Assembly: GCA_020832235.1 (NCBI GenBank)
Contig: JAFIEZ010000003.1
Location: 256,450-320,449, forward strand
Direction of reading: 5' to 3'
Source: Bacteroidota bacterium
GTDB lineage: Bacteria; Bacteroidota; Rhodothermia; Balneolales; HLUCCA01
DNA: 64,000 nucleotides
The translations under genes and the position numbers were made by a program. The notes beneath the pieces were generated by a model. The model searched no databases. It was not told the DNA's origin and saw only the letters and a list, made by a program, of their open reading frames with translations. Numbering within the stretch: the stretch's first letter is position 1; each line of letters begins with the position of its first letter. This document shows, piece by piece, positions 49,138-58,947 of this stretch.

Positions 49138-50166
49138 TTATTCGAAATCGCCTTCGAAATAATCTACTGCACGCCCAATGTTACCTTTTGTAGATTTCTT
49201 TTGAGAAATTCGCTGATTAATTTTTTCCTGCAATGCTTTGGCTGCATCGTAACCGTAATGCTGTAGTAAATGATTCATGGCAATTACCTCCGCAATAACG
49301 GTGATATTTTTCCCCGGTGATATAGGAAGACGGATAAGCGGTATGTTTACATCGAGTACAGAAACAAACTCCTTATCGAGACCGGTACGATCGACCTTTA
49401 TGTTCTTGTCCCACAAAAACAGCTCTACAACAACCTCCAATCGTTTTTGATATCGTACCGACCGAATTCCAAACATAGACATCACATCAACTATTCCCAA
49501 CCCCCTGATTTCCATGAAGTGTTTGTTCAAATCGGTTGAGGCAGATAATAGAATATTATTTTTCTTGGTTAAAACAACAACATCATCGGCTACCAGCCTG
49601 TGTCCTCGCTCTATAAGATCAAGTGCCACTTCACTTTTACCAATACCAGATTTGCCGGTAATCAAAATCCCGATTCCATATACATCAACCATTGAACCGT
49701 GAACAATGGTTTGTGCAGCGAACTGATCTTCCAGGAAGTCTCTTAAAAGAAACATGAACTTGGTAGTCTCCACCGGAGTTCTGAAAATAGGGATATTTTT
49801 TTCACGAGCCTGATTCAACAGGTTATCAGGTAACAGATTGTTACTGGTGAGAAATATTACAGGAACATCGTACTCCAATAGCTTGGAGAAGCGTTCAACC
49901 TTTTCATTATCAGCTAAGTTTGAAAGATACTCACACTCCGTATTCCCCAGAATTTGTATCCGGTGAAATGAAAATAATTTCAGGTATCCAGCAAGGGCTA
50001 GCCCCGGTCGATGAAGCTCTCTGTCTTCAACAAATCGTTGAGAACATGCCTCTGGAGCTGCGCAGGAATGCATTTCAATTTGAACAGCTTTTCGCAGGCT
50101 ATCTATCAGGAATTCAACCGAAATTCGTTCTTTTCTGGGAACAGGAGTGTGTGTAGTTAACGGCAT
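49138..50166 (-). CDS. hprK: HPr kinase/phosphorylase
   Basis: HGSMVDVYGIGILITGKSGIGKSEVALDLIERGHRLVADD (P-loop) and FMEIRGLGIVDVMSMFG. Confidence 0.9.
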   Translation of the reverse strand: MPLTTHTPVPRKERISVEFLIDSLRKAVQIEMHSCAAPEACSQRFVEDRELHRPGLALAGYLKLFSFHRIQILGNTECEYLSNLADNEKVERFSKLLEYDVPVIFLTSNNLLPDNLLNQAREKNIPIFRTPVETTKFMFLLRDFLEDQFAAQTIVHGSMVDVYGIGILITGKSGIGKSEVALDLIERGHRLVADDVVVLTKKNNILLSASTDLNKHFMEIRGLGIVDVMSMFGIRSVRYQKRLEVVVELFLWDKNIKVDRTGLDKEFVSVLDVNIPLIRLPISPGKNITVIAEVIAMNHLLQHYGYDAAKALQEKINQRISQKKSTKGNIGRAVDYFEGDFE

Positions 50167-50169
50167 ATG

Positions 50170-50466
50170 CTATTTTGCAGAACGCTTTTCTTTGTACTTA
50201 ATTAATTGTCGCTTCATGTTGTCAATTGATTTAAGCATCGCCTGCTCGTACGTAGCGGCATTGTCAGTTGCATTCAATGTTGTTTTTGCAACCTTAACAG
50301 TAAGTTCAACCTGTTGTGGCGCGTCAAGGTCAGGATGTGGACTTACAACAATGTCGCAGTCGATAATGCCATCATAAAATTTTTCGAGTTTTGCTGCGGC
50401 GTCTACGCAATATTCCTGAAGACGATCACTGGCGTTAAAATGTCTGGCGGTGAAACTGATATTCAT
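50170..50466 (-). CDS. hpf: ribosome hibernation-promoting factor (short HPF/RaiA family)
   Basis: 98 aa, MNISFTARHFNASDRLQEYCVDAAAKLEKFYDGIIDCDIVVS. Sits 3 nt upstream of hprK. Confidence 0.85.
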   Translation of the reverse strand: MNISFTARHFNASDRLQEYCVDAAAKLEKFYDGIIDCDIVVSPHPDLDAPQQVELTVKVAKTTLNATDNAATYEQAMLKSIDNMKRQLIKYKEKRSAK

Positions 50467-50501
50467 ATATACTCCTGTTTAAATATTTTTTAGGTATGTT
50501 G

Positions 50502-51416
50502 TTACTCAGCTCTTGGATGAGCCTGTTTGTATATTTCTTTGAGTCTATGCGAACTCACATTGGTGTAGACTTGTGTTGATTTAAGGCTGCTGTGACCTAA
50601 CAGTTCTTTAATAACCCGTATGTCTGCTCCATTATCCAATAAGTGCGTCGCAAAGCTGTGACGGAGAGCATGTGGTGATGCCTGCTGCGCTTCAACTTTA
50701 TCCAGTTCCGACTTAACCATGCGCTGTACTGCCCTGGAATAGAGCCTTTTACCTCTAACGGTGAGAAATACAGCATCGGTATATTGGGTTGATTTTTTAG
50801 ACAAAATTTCTCTGGTTTCAAGATGCCGGGTTAATGCCTCTCTCGCTGCAGTACCAAACGGTACAATCCTTTCTTTGCTGCCCTTCCCCAAAACCTTAAT
50901 TTGATTTAGTTTCAAGTCAACACGGTCTGTATTCAGCCCCGTCAGCTCGCTTAACCGAATACCAGTCGCATAAAATAGCTCTAAAATGGCTCTTTTCTGA
51001 TTTTGAAGTGCTGTCTCCTCGTTACTTGTATGTTCGGAAGATTCTTCGTTGAGCATTCTGGAAATATCTGCGACAGGAACAGTTTTAGGCAATCTCCCGT
51101 TATGTTTAGGCGAAACAAGATGCTGAGCTGAATTTTGTGAAACATAACCACGTTTGTATGCAAATCTGAAGAAAGATTTCAAACTTGCTACTTTACGTTG
51201 TAATGTGGCTTTGGAACTGTTTTGTGAAGATAATTCGGCAAGCCATGAACGTAAATGAGTCCTGTCTATACTATCAATTTGAAAGTCACTCCCAATTAAT
51301 TCAGACAGGTAGTCGCACAGCTGTTCTAAATCGGTATTATAAGCCGTTTTGGTATGTTCTGATGCGTTTTTTTCCACGCTCAGATATCGAATGTATAAAC
51401 TGATTACTTCCTTCAT
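50502..51416 (-). CDS. tyrosine recombinase, XerC/XerD family
   Basis: N-terminal SAM-like domain (YIRYLSVEKNASEHTKTAY). Catalytic motifs ATGIRLSEL, HALRHSFATHLLDNGADIRVIKELLGHSSLKSTQVYT. No flanking repeats or cargo were seen. Confidence 0.85.
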   Translation of the reverse strand: MKEVISLYIRYLSVEKNASEHTKTAYNTDLEQLCDYLSELIGSDFQIDSIDRTHLRSWLAELSSQNSSKATLQRKVASLKSFFRFAYKRGYVSQNSAQHLVSPKHNGRLPKTVPVADISRMLNEESSEHTSNEETALQNQKRAILELFYATGIRLSELTGLNTDRVDLKLNQIKVLGKGSKERIVPFGTAAREALTRHLETREILSKKSTQYTDAVFLTVRGKRLYSRAVQRMVKSELDKVEAQQASPHALRHSFATHLLDNGADIRVIKELLGHSSLKSTQVYTNVSSHRLKEIYKQAHPRAE

Positions 51417-51466
51417 CTTATACTAATATGAGGCTTTGAAGTATAAAAGGAAACTGCTTTATTAAA

Positions 51467-52654
51467 CTATTTTCCTTGTATTGGCCGGCCTTTCCATAAA
51501 ACTGTTCGTCTGGTAAAATGGTCTGCCAGCACGGTGAGACCAAGCCGCTGAAACCACAGCACACCACGAATATGCAGTAACCCATACCAGGGGTTCCATT
51601 TATTTCGCTTGTCAACCAGAACGCGTTGTAGGTGTATTAATACAATGGCAAAGAATGAAAGCAAAACCACGAAAAGTTCTCCAATTATCAGACCTATTAT
51701 GACTAACAGATAAGGCAAAATAAAAACGATCATATGCAATAGAGCAGCAGCCAGAAAAAAGAGAACATTACGACCAAAACCCGCAAAGAAGTTTTTTCTG
51801 AATCCTTCCAGAATATCTTCATCACGCGTATACATCCTGCAATGTATCTTATGAATACCAAGGTGCATTGAAATGGTACGACCGTTTCTCTTAAGAGCTT
51901 TTGCCAATTCTACATCTTCAACTATTTCTTCACGAACACACGCATGACCACCAATCGAGTTGTAAGCGCTGCGAGTGAAGGCAAGGCACTGACCACAAGC
52001 CGCAGCAAATGCCGTTCTGAAATAAGGTCGGATGAAAGAAGGCATCCATTTCGGGTCCCTTCTCACATAAATAGCCGGCAACATCGTCATTAAGGTGAAA
52101 TAAACCAACGGTAAAACAATGCGTTCTTTTTGGCTGCCCAAATGCTGCTGTGGCCAAACGGTGATGGCGTCGCTCTGAGTTTCCTTAAACGAGTGTACTA
52201 CACTTCGAACTGCATCCGGTTCAAGCCATACGTCTGCATCTATGAACATCAATATTTCGCCTGTTGCTTTATCTGCGAGTCTCTGACACGCCCAGGGCTT
52301 CCCCAGCCAGCCTTCTCTGGGTCCGGCACCTTCTAGTACATGTAATTTTTTAGTGGTTGCTTGAAGCTCATAAAGTAAATCACCGGTACGATCTTCAGAC
52401 TGGTCATTGAGAATTATGATCTCCAGGTTATCATAGTCCTGATTTATACACGATTTCACGCAGCGTTCAATCACTGATTCTTCATTTCGGGCAGGAATCA
52501 GTAAACTGACTTTCACGTTGCCTTTGTTTTGGTCAGAGTCTGAGGCCCCAACAATTGAGAATGAAAACAAATTCCTTACCAGAACTATGCTGGTGTATGC
52601 AAGAAAGAACAGAGTTATCCACTGTATTGCAATTATAAACGCAGTTATTGTCAA
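51467..52654 (-). CDS. membrane glycosyltransferase family 2 (CrtQ/CruC-like by recollection)
   Basis: N-terminal TM, SLLIPARNEESVIERCV, IIILNDQSEDRT and MFIDADVWL, multiple C-terminal TM helices, end RRTVLWKGRPIQ. TTG start at 52654. Confidence 0.75.
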   Translation of the reverse strand: MTITAFIIAIQWITLFFLAYTSIVLVRNLFSFSIVGASDSDQNKGNVKVSLLIPARNEESVIERCVKSCINQDYDNLEIIILNDQSEDRTGDLLYELQATTKKLHVLEGAGPREGWLGKPWACQRLADKATGEILMFIDADVWLEPDAVRSVVHSFKETQSDAITVWPQQHLGSQKERIVLPLVYFTLMTMLPAIYVRRDPKWMPSFIRPYFRTAFAAACGQCLAFTRSAYNSIGGHACVREEIVEDVELAKALKRNGRTISMHLGIHKIHCRMYTRDEDILEGFRKNFFAGFGRNVLFFLAAALLHMIVFILPYLLVIIGLIIGELFVVLLSFFAIVLIHLQRVLVDKRNKWNPWYGLLHIRGVLWFQRLGLTVLADHFTRRTVLWKGRPIQGK

Positions 52655-52786
52655 GGTCTAAGCTAATGTAATTATTTAGGTTTAGGTGTGGTGTCTTGAG
52701 GTTGCGAATTAATTTACCAACCAATTCAAACAATATACCCTCTAAAAACGTTACAACCAGACTTCATATCATCGTATATTTTGCCC

Positions 52787-53890
52787 ATGAAAATTACTTC
52801 ATCGTTACAAGAAGACATCTCAGTAAAAAAAACCGATACAGGCAGTTATGAGTGGTGGTATTTTGATGCCAGAGATCATAAAGGCGAGTATCAGATTGTA
52901 GTCATTTTTTATGAGGGGTGTCCTTTTTCAAGCAAGTATATCCGAAATCAGGATAAACAGCCAGATCAACCAGCTGCTAAAGCAGACCGATATCCCGCCA
53001 TCAGCATTTCCGTGTACAAAAATGGGAAAACTATTTACTATTCCATGTCAGAATATGCTCCATCGGATGCCAGCTTTCACCGCGATATGGTTTCTGTTAA
53101 AATAGGCGAACATACGATGGAAGCATTAATTGATGAGAATGATCAATTGGTTTACTCCATACGACTGAATGAAGTGCTACCCGGAGGGGATAGGATATCG
53201 GCTATGCTTCGATTTAGCTCGCCCAAACCCAACCCCGACTTATGGAAAGAGGTGAGGGGTGAGCATTCTGCAAACAGCGCTCACAAGTGGAATCTCGTGC
53301 AACCTTTGGCGAATGTTAAGGGGGTTTTATCACTTAACCGAAACGACAACTTCGAAAAGCCCATTATTTTCGAAGGGGTAGGCTACCATGACCATAATAT
53401 TGGCAGTGAGCCCATGCGGAAGTCTTTTGACGATTGGTATTGGGGCAGAATACACTTTAATGAGTTTACCCTGGTTTATTATGTAATGAATAAGCATGAC
53501 GGCCAGGACTATGGTGCATGGCTCATTTCTATTGATAATCAAAAAATTACAGATGTAAGCGCTAATATTCGCATAGATGGTGAAAATGTAAATGCATTTG
53601 GGCTCTCCTCAGCCCGAAGACTAGTTTTTGAGTTTAGCAAATTGAGTATTACGGTACTTTGCAATCAGATCATTGATAACGGTCCTTTTTACATGCGATT
53701 TAAATCGGAAGCGCGGCTAAGGTATCACGGAAAAGATGAAGAGATTAGTTTTGGATTATCGGAGTATATAAAGCCTCGAAGAATTCATTACCGCATATTC
53801 TGGCCAATGGTACACATGCGATATCGGTATGCAGCAGATAAACCGCACTGGGTTCAGCGTTCGGCTATGCTATACCGGTGGACCTGGTAA
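52787..53890 (+). CDS. CrtC (hydroxyneurosporene synthase / carotenoid 1,2-hydratase)-like protein
   Basis: GSYEWWYFDARDHKGEYQIVVIFYEGCPFSSKY resembles the WWY.DA N-terminal motif of the CrtC/AttH family, from memory. ATG at 52787 is preferred over the ORF-track TTG at 52781. Confidence 0.6.
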   Translation: MKITSSLQEDISVKKTDTGSYEWWYFDARDHKGEYQIVVIFYEGCPFSSKYIRNQDKQPDQPAAKADRYPAISISVYKNGKTIYYSMSEYAPSDASFHRDMVSVKIGEHTMEALIDENDQLVYSIRLNEVLPGGDRISAMLRFSSPKPNPDLWKEVRGEHSANSAHKWNLVQPLANVKGVLSLNRNDNFEKPIIFEGVGYHDHNIGSEPMRKSFDDWYWGRIHFNEFTLVYYVMNKHDGQDYGAWLISIDNQKITDVSANIRIDGENVNAFGLSSARRLVFEFSKLSITVLCNQIIDNGPFYMRFKSEARLRYHGKDEEISFGLSEYIKPRRIHYRIFWPMVHMRYRYAADKPHWVQRSAMLYRWTW

Positions 53891-53896
53891 ATAGTT

Positions 53897-54586
53897 TTAA
53901 ATTAGCTTCTGAAACCCATGTTCTGGCTGCATGCTCTGTCTGCGTAAATCGTTAAGTTGAGCTTGCATCATAGCTTGTATGTCTTCCAGTTGTAGGGTCG
54001 CTGTATTCGTCAGAGGAGATTCCACAGAAACGAATAACTCGGGTTTGTCGCTTCTTTGAAAACTGAAATACAGCGATATGGGTACGAGAACACATCCAGG
54101 AGCCCCCTTCAAAATTCTCAAAACCCCGCCTTCCAGCTGTATCGGCTCTGCCGGATTTGTAATTTTTCCTTCCGGGAACAAAAACAATGATGTGCCATCT
54201 TCACGTAACCATTTTGAAGCCTCTTGCAGTGAATAAACTGCCGACCTGACGTTCTTTCTGTTGATGGACATAGCCCCAATTTTGGAAAAAAAAGAAAACT
54301 GCCGCATTTGTTTGTCTTCCATTAATGCTCGGGCTCTTTTGTGAAAAACAAACTCATTCAGAAGCAGAGGTACAAGCCCATCCCACCAGCTGTGGTGATT
54401 CACAACATACAGTACGGATGAATTATCGGGTACAGGTTCAGCGTGATGTATCCAAACATTTGCTAACCTGCGTTTGCACAGAAGATAGGTGTACCATTTA
54501 AAGAATGATATTACTGGTTTCGACTCCCTGGCAGGTATGAAGTCTGTTGGTACTTTTGAAGTCTGTATATTCTGTGTTGGTTTCAA
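53897..54586 (-). CDS. lysophospholipid (PlsC-type) acyltransferase family protein
   Basis: HX4D motif VVNHHSWWDG and LFLFPEGK. Confidence 0.8.
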   Translation of the reverse strand: MKPTQNIQTSKVPTDFIPARESKPVISFFKWYTYLLCKRRLANVWIHHAEPVPDNSSVLYVVNHHSWWDGLVPLLLNEFVFHKRARALMEDKQMRQFSFFSKIGAMSINRKNVRSAVYSLQEASKWLREDGTSLFLFPEGKITNPAEPIQLEGGVLRILKGAPGCVLVPISLYFSFQRSDKPELFVSVESPLTNTATLQLEDIQAMMQAQLNDLRRQSMQPEHGFQKLI

Positions 54587-54591
54587 AACGT

Positions 54592-55254
54592 ATGACCTAT
54601 TTACTAAATATGCGAAAAGTTACACTGATAAATCCTGAAATTGAAATATATGCTGAAAGCCATACAAGCTGGCCAAATGAGATTGCGGCAGGAATTATTA
54701 AAGATACAACGGAAGAATTAGCCTACGCTGATATGCTCAGTGGCAATCAGGTCACAGGATTATTACGAATGCTAATTAAGGTTTCTGGTGCGCGTACGAT
54801 TGCAGAAATTGGCATGTTTACTGGCTTGGCAACGCTAGCTATGATGGAGTCGTTGCCTGCAGATGGAAAGATATACGCTTTAGAAATGAACACCCGCTAC
54901 CGCGATATCGCACTACGGCATCTTATGAAATCAGCCCACTTTAACAAATTTGAGCTGATATTTGGTAGTGCACGCGAAACGGTAAATAACTTGCCAGAAG
55001 GTCTCGATCTGGTTTTCATTGATGCAGACAAAGACTATTATCCCACTTACTACGAAATATTGCTCAATAAACTCAAACAGGGTGGAATAATGGTTCTTGA
55101 TAATATGTTTTGGTATGGTGGTGTTCTATTGCCATCAAAAGACAGAAAGTCAAAGACGTTAAGTGAACTCAATGATTTAATACAAACCGACGATCGTGTA
55201 GAGAATGTGATGCTGACTGTGCGAGACGGTATAGTACTCCTTCGAAAAGTTTAA
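54592..55254 (+). CDS. class I SAM-dependent O-methyltransferase (caffeoyl-CoA OMT / YrrM-like)
   Basis: IAEIGMFTGLATLAM, LVFIDADKDYYPTYYE and GGIMVLDNMFWYG. The start is ATG at 54592 or 54610. The ORF-track start 54547 overlaps the divergent gene. Confidence 0.8.
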   Translation: MTYLLNMRKVTLINPEIEIYAESHTSWPNEIAAGIIKDTTEELAYADMLSGNQVTGLLRMLIKVSGARTIAEIGMFTGLATLAMMESLPADGKIYALEMNTRYRDIALRHLMKSAHFNKFELIFGSARETVNNLPEGLDLVFIDADKDYYPTYYEILLNKLKQGGIMVLDNMFWYGGVLLPSKDRKSKTLSELNDLIQTDDRVENVMLTVRDGIVLLRKV

Positions 55255-56354
55255 TTAATTTCAGAGTCAGTAGGTGTCTGGTAGCTCAATCTGTTGGTCG
55301 TTTCTTCGAAAACGTATGCAGTTTCTGGGTGGTGTATCATGCCAAATGTTCTGGCAAACAAATTTCGGAAGTCTTTCCATTGAACATCTACAGGCATTTG
55401 TACTTGCTCGAAGGCCACTTCTTCACCGGGTTCTTCGTCAATTCTAAATGCAAAAATAAAGCTTGTGTGATCACCCATCCAACTGTTATAAGAACCGAAT
55501 CGAAGGTCGTTAAAATATAGGTTTCCGTCTTGTTCATTGACATGATAATAACCTTTCGAAAACCATAGGAGCCTTTCAATGGCCCTGCTTGATTTAATAT
55601 GCTCTATTTTATGTTCGTTTCTGGGTACATAAGAAAACACTATAGGTTTTCTGCGCGAGTCCAGCAGAGAAAAAGTTCCTTGATAATATCCGGTTTCGGT
55701 CTCCACCAATGCTCGCCAAAGCAATGAATTGAAAGGACCCGGTATCGTCATCATTCTTTCATAGGAGATATTCTGGCGTTCGAGCTCAGACGTAAATGCA
55801 GGTATTGCAGCCCATTTGAAAGCCACAGTTAACAACAAATATGAAGTACTTACAAGTAAACCTATTTTTGCATACCGCGTTCTTCGGTGACTTTCCTTGG
55901 GTAAACGTAAAGCAAAAATTAAGCTGATAAGTAAGGGTAGTGTATATAGGGGATCTATTATAAAAATAGTATTGAACTCAAATGCATAGTCTGTAAAGGG
56001 ATATAAAAACTGGGTGCCATAGCCTGTAAACAGATCCAGAATTGGATGAGTTAATAACGCGAGATAAAATAGCGTAAACCATGTTTTGAAAGACATGCCT
56101 TGAGCCTTGCCATGTATTTTTCGAGCCAGTAGTGCCAGTAAGGGTGCAGCTAAAATCGAAAAGAAAACAGAGTGTGTAAATCCTCTGTGTATGTGTAAAT
56201 AATCTACAGGATCCAGAATCAAGCCAAAAAGAACATCAAGATCAGGTATAGTTCCAGCAATTCCACCCCATAATGCAGCTTTATAGCCAATTTTTCGGCC
56301 AGCTACCAGTTCACCAAAGGCAGCTCCAAGAGCAATTTGTGTCAGCGAATCCAT
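55251..56354 (-). CDS. membrane-bound metal-dependent hydrolase (YdjM/DUF457-like) with extra C-terminal domain
   Basis: MDSLTQIALGAAFGE..., HRGFTHS, several TM helices, and a C-terminal soluble region of about 170 aa. Confidence 0.7.
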   Translation of the reverse strand: MDSLTQIALGAAFGELVAGRKIGYKAALWGGIAGTIPDLDVLFGLILDPVDYLHIHRGFTHSVFFSILAAPLLALLARKIHGKAQGMSFKTWFTLFYLALLTHPILDLFTGYGTQFLYPFTDYAFEFNTIFIIDPLYTLPLLISLIFALRLPKESHRRTRYAKIGLLVSTSYLLLTVAFKWAAIPAFTSELERQNISYERMMTIPGPFNSLLWRALVETETGYYQGTFSLLDSRRKPIVFSYVPRNEHKIEHIKSSRAIERLLWFSKGYYHVNEQDGNLYFNDLRFGSYNSWMGDHTSFIFAFRIDEEPGEEVAFEQVQMPVDVQWKDFRNLFARTFGMIHHPETAYVFEETTNRLSYQTPTDSEIN

Positions 56355-56432
56355 GAATTGTTTGCGGTATTAGTCATATAGATGTTTGCACACATAACGC
56401 ATATATACCACAATACGTTCAACGAAACAGCA

Positions 56433-57146
56433 CTATCGTTTTGCAGCAGCAATGATTTTACTTTGCGGAATATCTTGAAGTCTTCCGTCGTGAATACGGA
56501 TGGTTCTGAATGGAAACTGCCTCACAAGGTCGTAATTATGAGTTACCATCAAAACGGCCATGCCCCTGTTGTTAATTTGCTGAAGCAGTTCCATTATACT
56601 GCTGGAAGCATCTGGGTCTAGGTTTCCTGTTGGTTCATCGGCTAACATTATACGTGGTTCATTTGCCAAAGCACGAGCAATAACAACACGCTGTTGTTCA
56701 CCACCTGACAGTTCACTTGGCTGCTGATTGCGTTTGTTGCTAAGCCCAACCATAGAAAGAACTTCCATAACGCGTTGTTTGATAAACTTTCGCGTATTAC
56801 CTGTTACTTCGAGGGCAAATGCTACATTTTCATATACCGAGCGATCGGGTAGAAGCTGAAAATCCTGAAATACGATACCCAACCGTCTGCGCAAAAAGGG
56901 AACCTGTCGTTCAGACATTCTGCCAAGATTGAATTCATCTACGCGAACGGTACCCTCAGCTGGTAAAACTTCGCGATATATAAGTTTTAGAAATGAGCTC
57001 TTACCGGCACCTGTTTGCCCTATTAGGTAAACGAACTCTCCATTACGCAAGCTGAAGTCTACCTGGTTAAGTACCAGACGGGACTCGTAAGTAACTGATA
57101 CGCCCTCAAACTGAATTACGGGTTGTTCGTCAGACTCTGTATTCAT
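56433..57146 (-). CDS. ftsE: cell-division ATP-binding protein FtsE
   Basis: Walker [10 protein letters not shown], signature LSGGEQQRV, Walker [13 protein letters not shown]. 237 aa. No adjacent ftsX. Confidence 0.85.
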   Translation of the reverse strand: MNTESDEQPVIQFEGVSVTYESRLVLNQVDFSLRNGEFVYLIGQTGAGKSSFLKLIYREVLPAEGTVRVDEFNLGRMSERQVPFLRRRLGIVFQDFQLLPDRSVYENVAFALEVTGNTRKFIKQRVMEVLSMVGLSNKRNQQPSELSGGEQQRVVIARALANEPRIMLADEPTGNLDPDASSSIMELLQQINNRGMAVLMVTHNYDLVRQFPFRTIRIHDGRLQDIPQSKIIAAAKR

Positions 57147-57919
57147 TATTTTAAAACAAGGGTTATTCGATCACTTTGGTCGGTTGCTTCTACTAGATCC
57201 AGGTCGTCATACGCGGCAACCTCCAGTAAGCCAGCTGTAGCAGCAACCTGACGGATCTCTGCCAATGTAAAGGTTTTCTGAACGTGAACTTCACGGGTTC
57301 TTTCTAGTACTGTTTGCTTATCATCACTTAGCTTCTCGATGATAAACTCATTATAATGGTTGCCTTCCGCTTCCAAATAGTTTGAAATGCGAACAAACCG
57401 ATAGTTGTCTGGAGTTATGCCCTGGTCGTTCATCAGATCCGCATGTTTCGCAGAGTGCTGCGGTGTTGTGAAATCAACGATAAAAATTCCATCTTTTGAT
57501 AATACACCCTTTACCTGTTCAAATACCTGCTGAACACTTTTTACGTCCCTCACATAGTTTATGCTGTCGAACAGCATAATAATCACATCGTACGTATCGC
57601 TGTCTGGAATGTCGAAAAAATCAATACGTTTCCAGACAATTGAAGAACCTCTGAATTGCGCTTTAGTTCTGGCAATCTCAAGCATATGTTCGCTGAAATC
57701 AGATGCAGTGATGTCATAACAATCCAATTCTTCCATCGAAAGCGCGAGTGAACCGGTACCACATGCAAGTTCAAGCATTCTCTGAGCGTCCGGGTGGTGC
57801 TTCTGAATTACGGCATCAATATAATCGGCCCAGTCATCGTAATCGATTTCGCGCATTACATCGTCGTATATGACGGCTAAGTGTGTATAAATCTCCTGAT
57901 TTCCCTTCGTGAGAGGCAT
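57146..57919 (-). CDS. class I SAM-dependent methyltransferase
   Basis: MLELACGTGSLAL and VIIMLFDSINY. Its stop overlaps the ftsE start by 1 nt (TAATG). Confidence 0.8.
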   Translation of the reverse strand: MPLTKGNQEIYTHLAVIYDDVMREIDYDDWADYIDAVIQKHHPDAQRMLELACGTGSLALSMEELDCYDITASDFSEHMLEIARTKAQFRGSSIVWKRIDFFDIPDSDTYDVIIMLFDSINYVRDVKSVQQVFEQVKGVLSKDGIFIVDFTTPQHSAKHADLMNDQGITPDNYRFVRISNYLEAEGNHYNEFIIEKLSDDKQTVLERTREVHVQKTFTLAEIRQVAATAGLLEVAAYDDLDLVEATDQSDRITLVLK

Positions 57920-57924
57920 ATTTG

Positions 57925-58920
57925 CTAGCTTTTTGATAGGTTTACTTTTAAAGTGTTCGATGCCATGTCAATGGCAAGTTGTATCGCTTCCGACATAGAA
58001 CTGCTATCTGCGGTATCACTGCCCGCCAGGCTAAATGCGGTTCCATGATCTGGTGACGTTCGGATAATAGGCAATCCTGCTGTAAAATTTACACCACCAC
58101 CGAACGAAAGTGCTTTAAATGGTGCCAGGCCTTGGTCGTGGTACATGGCCAGTACGGCATCATAGCTATTCCTGTTTCTGGAACCAAACCAACCATCGGC
58201 AGGGAAGGGGCCATCGCACTCAATACCAGAGTTTTGTGCAATCGCTATAGCAGGAGCAATAATTTCATTCTCCTCGTTGCCCAATAGTCCACCGTCACCT
58301 GCATGTGGATTTAGTGCCAGTACGGCTATCTTGGGCTTTTCAATTGAAAAACGTTTCTTTAGGGCCGTATTCATTATTGTGAGCTTGTTTATAATCTTGT
58401 CGGGCGTAAGATGAGCAACCACGCTGCCCAAAGGGATATGTGTTGTAACAAGCCCAACCCTTAAACCTTTGTCAACAAGCATCATCGTATATTCTCTGAC
58501 ATTGGTTTTCTCAGCAAGAAACTCAGTGTGTCCGGGAAAATGAAATCCGCCTTTGAAGATAGCCTCTTTAGATATGGGGGCTGTTACCATAGCATCGGCT
58601 GTGCCGTTTAGGCACATATTAACGGCATGTTCTACACACATCATAGAGAGTTTACCCACTTCGCCACATACTTTGCCGAGCTGGATGTGAACATCAGGAG
58701 GAGTAATATTTTCTGGCCACCAGTGCCCCAGAAGTACGTCTTGTGAAAATCTATCCTGAAATAAGTTAGGTAACCTTGCTATATCTGAATATACCTCAAT
58801 CCAGTCGGGAGGACTAACCAAAACAAACCGCACATCTTTTTTTTCTTGTACGGCTTTTATCAATACTTCCGGTCCTATACTGTTGTAATCACCGGGGGTT
58901 AAGGCAATTGTGATTCTCAT
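57925..58920 (-). CDS. pdxA: 4-hydroxythreonine-4-phosphate dehydrogenase
   Basis: GDYNSIGPEV, FPGHTEFLAE, ALNPHAGDGG and RTSPDHGTAF. Confidence 0.95.
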   Translation of the reverse strand: MRITIALTPGDYNSIGPEVLIKAVQEKKDVRFVLVSPPDWIEVYSDIARLPNLFQDRFSQDVLLGHWWPENITPPDVHIQLGKVCGEVGKLSMMCVEHAVNMCLNGTADAMVTAPISKEAIFKGGFHFPGHTEFLAEKTNVREYTMMLVDKGLRVGLVTTHIPLGSVVAHLTPDKIINKLTIMNTALKKRFSIEKPKIAVLALNPHAGDGGLLGNEENEIIAPAIAIAQNSGIECDGPFPADGWFGSRNRNSYDAVLAMYHDQGLAPFKALSFGGGVNFTAGLPIIRTSPDHGTAFSLAGSDTADSSSMSEAIQLAIDMASNTLKVNLSKS

Positions 58921-58947
58921 GTGGTATTAATACCGGACTCTGATACA

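Noticed and set aside
50502-51416. Tyrosine recombinase as a marker of an integrated mobile element
   Set aside because: No flanking direct repeats, tRNA target, excisionase or cargo genes are visible. Neighbours (hpf, hprK, GT2) are ordinary chromosomal genes. It is more likely a housekeeping XerC/XerD-type enzyme.
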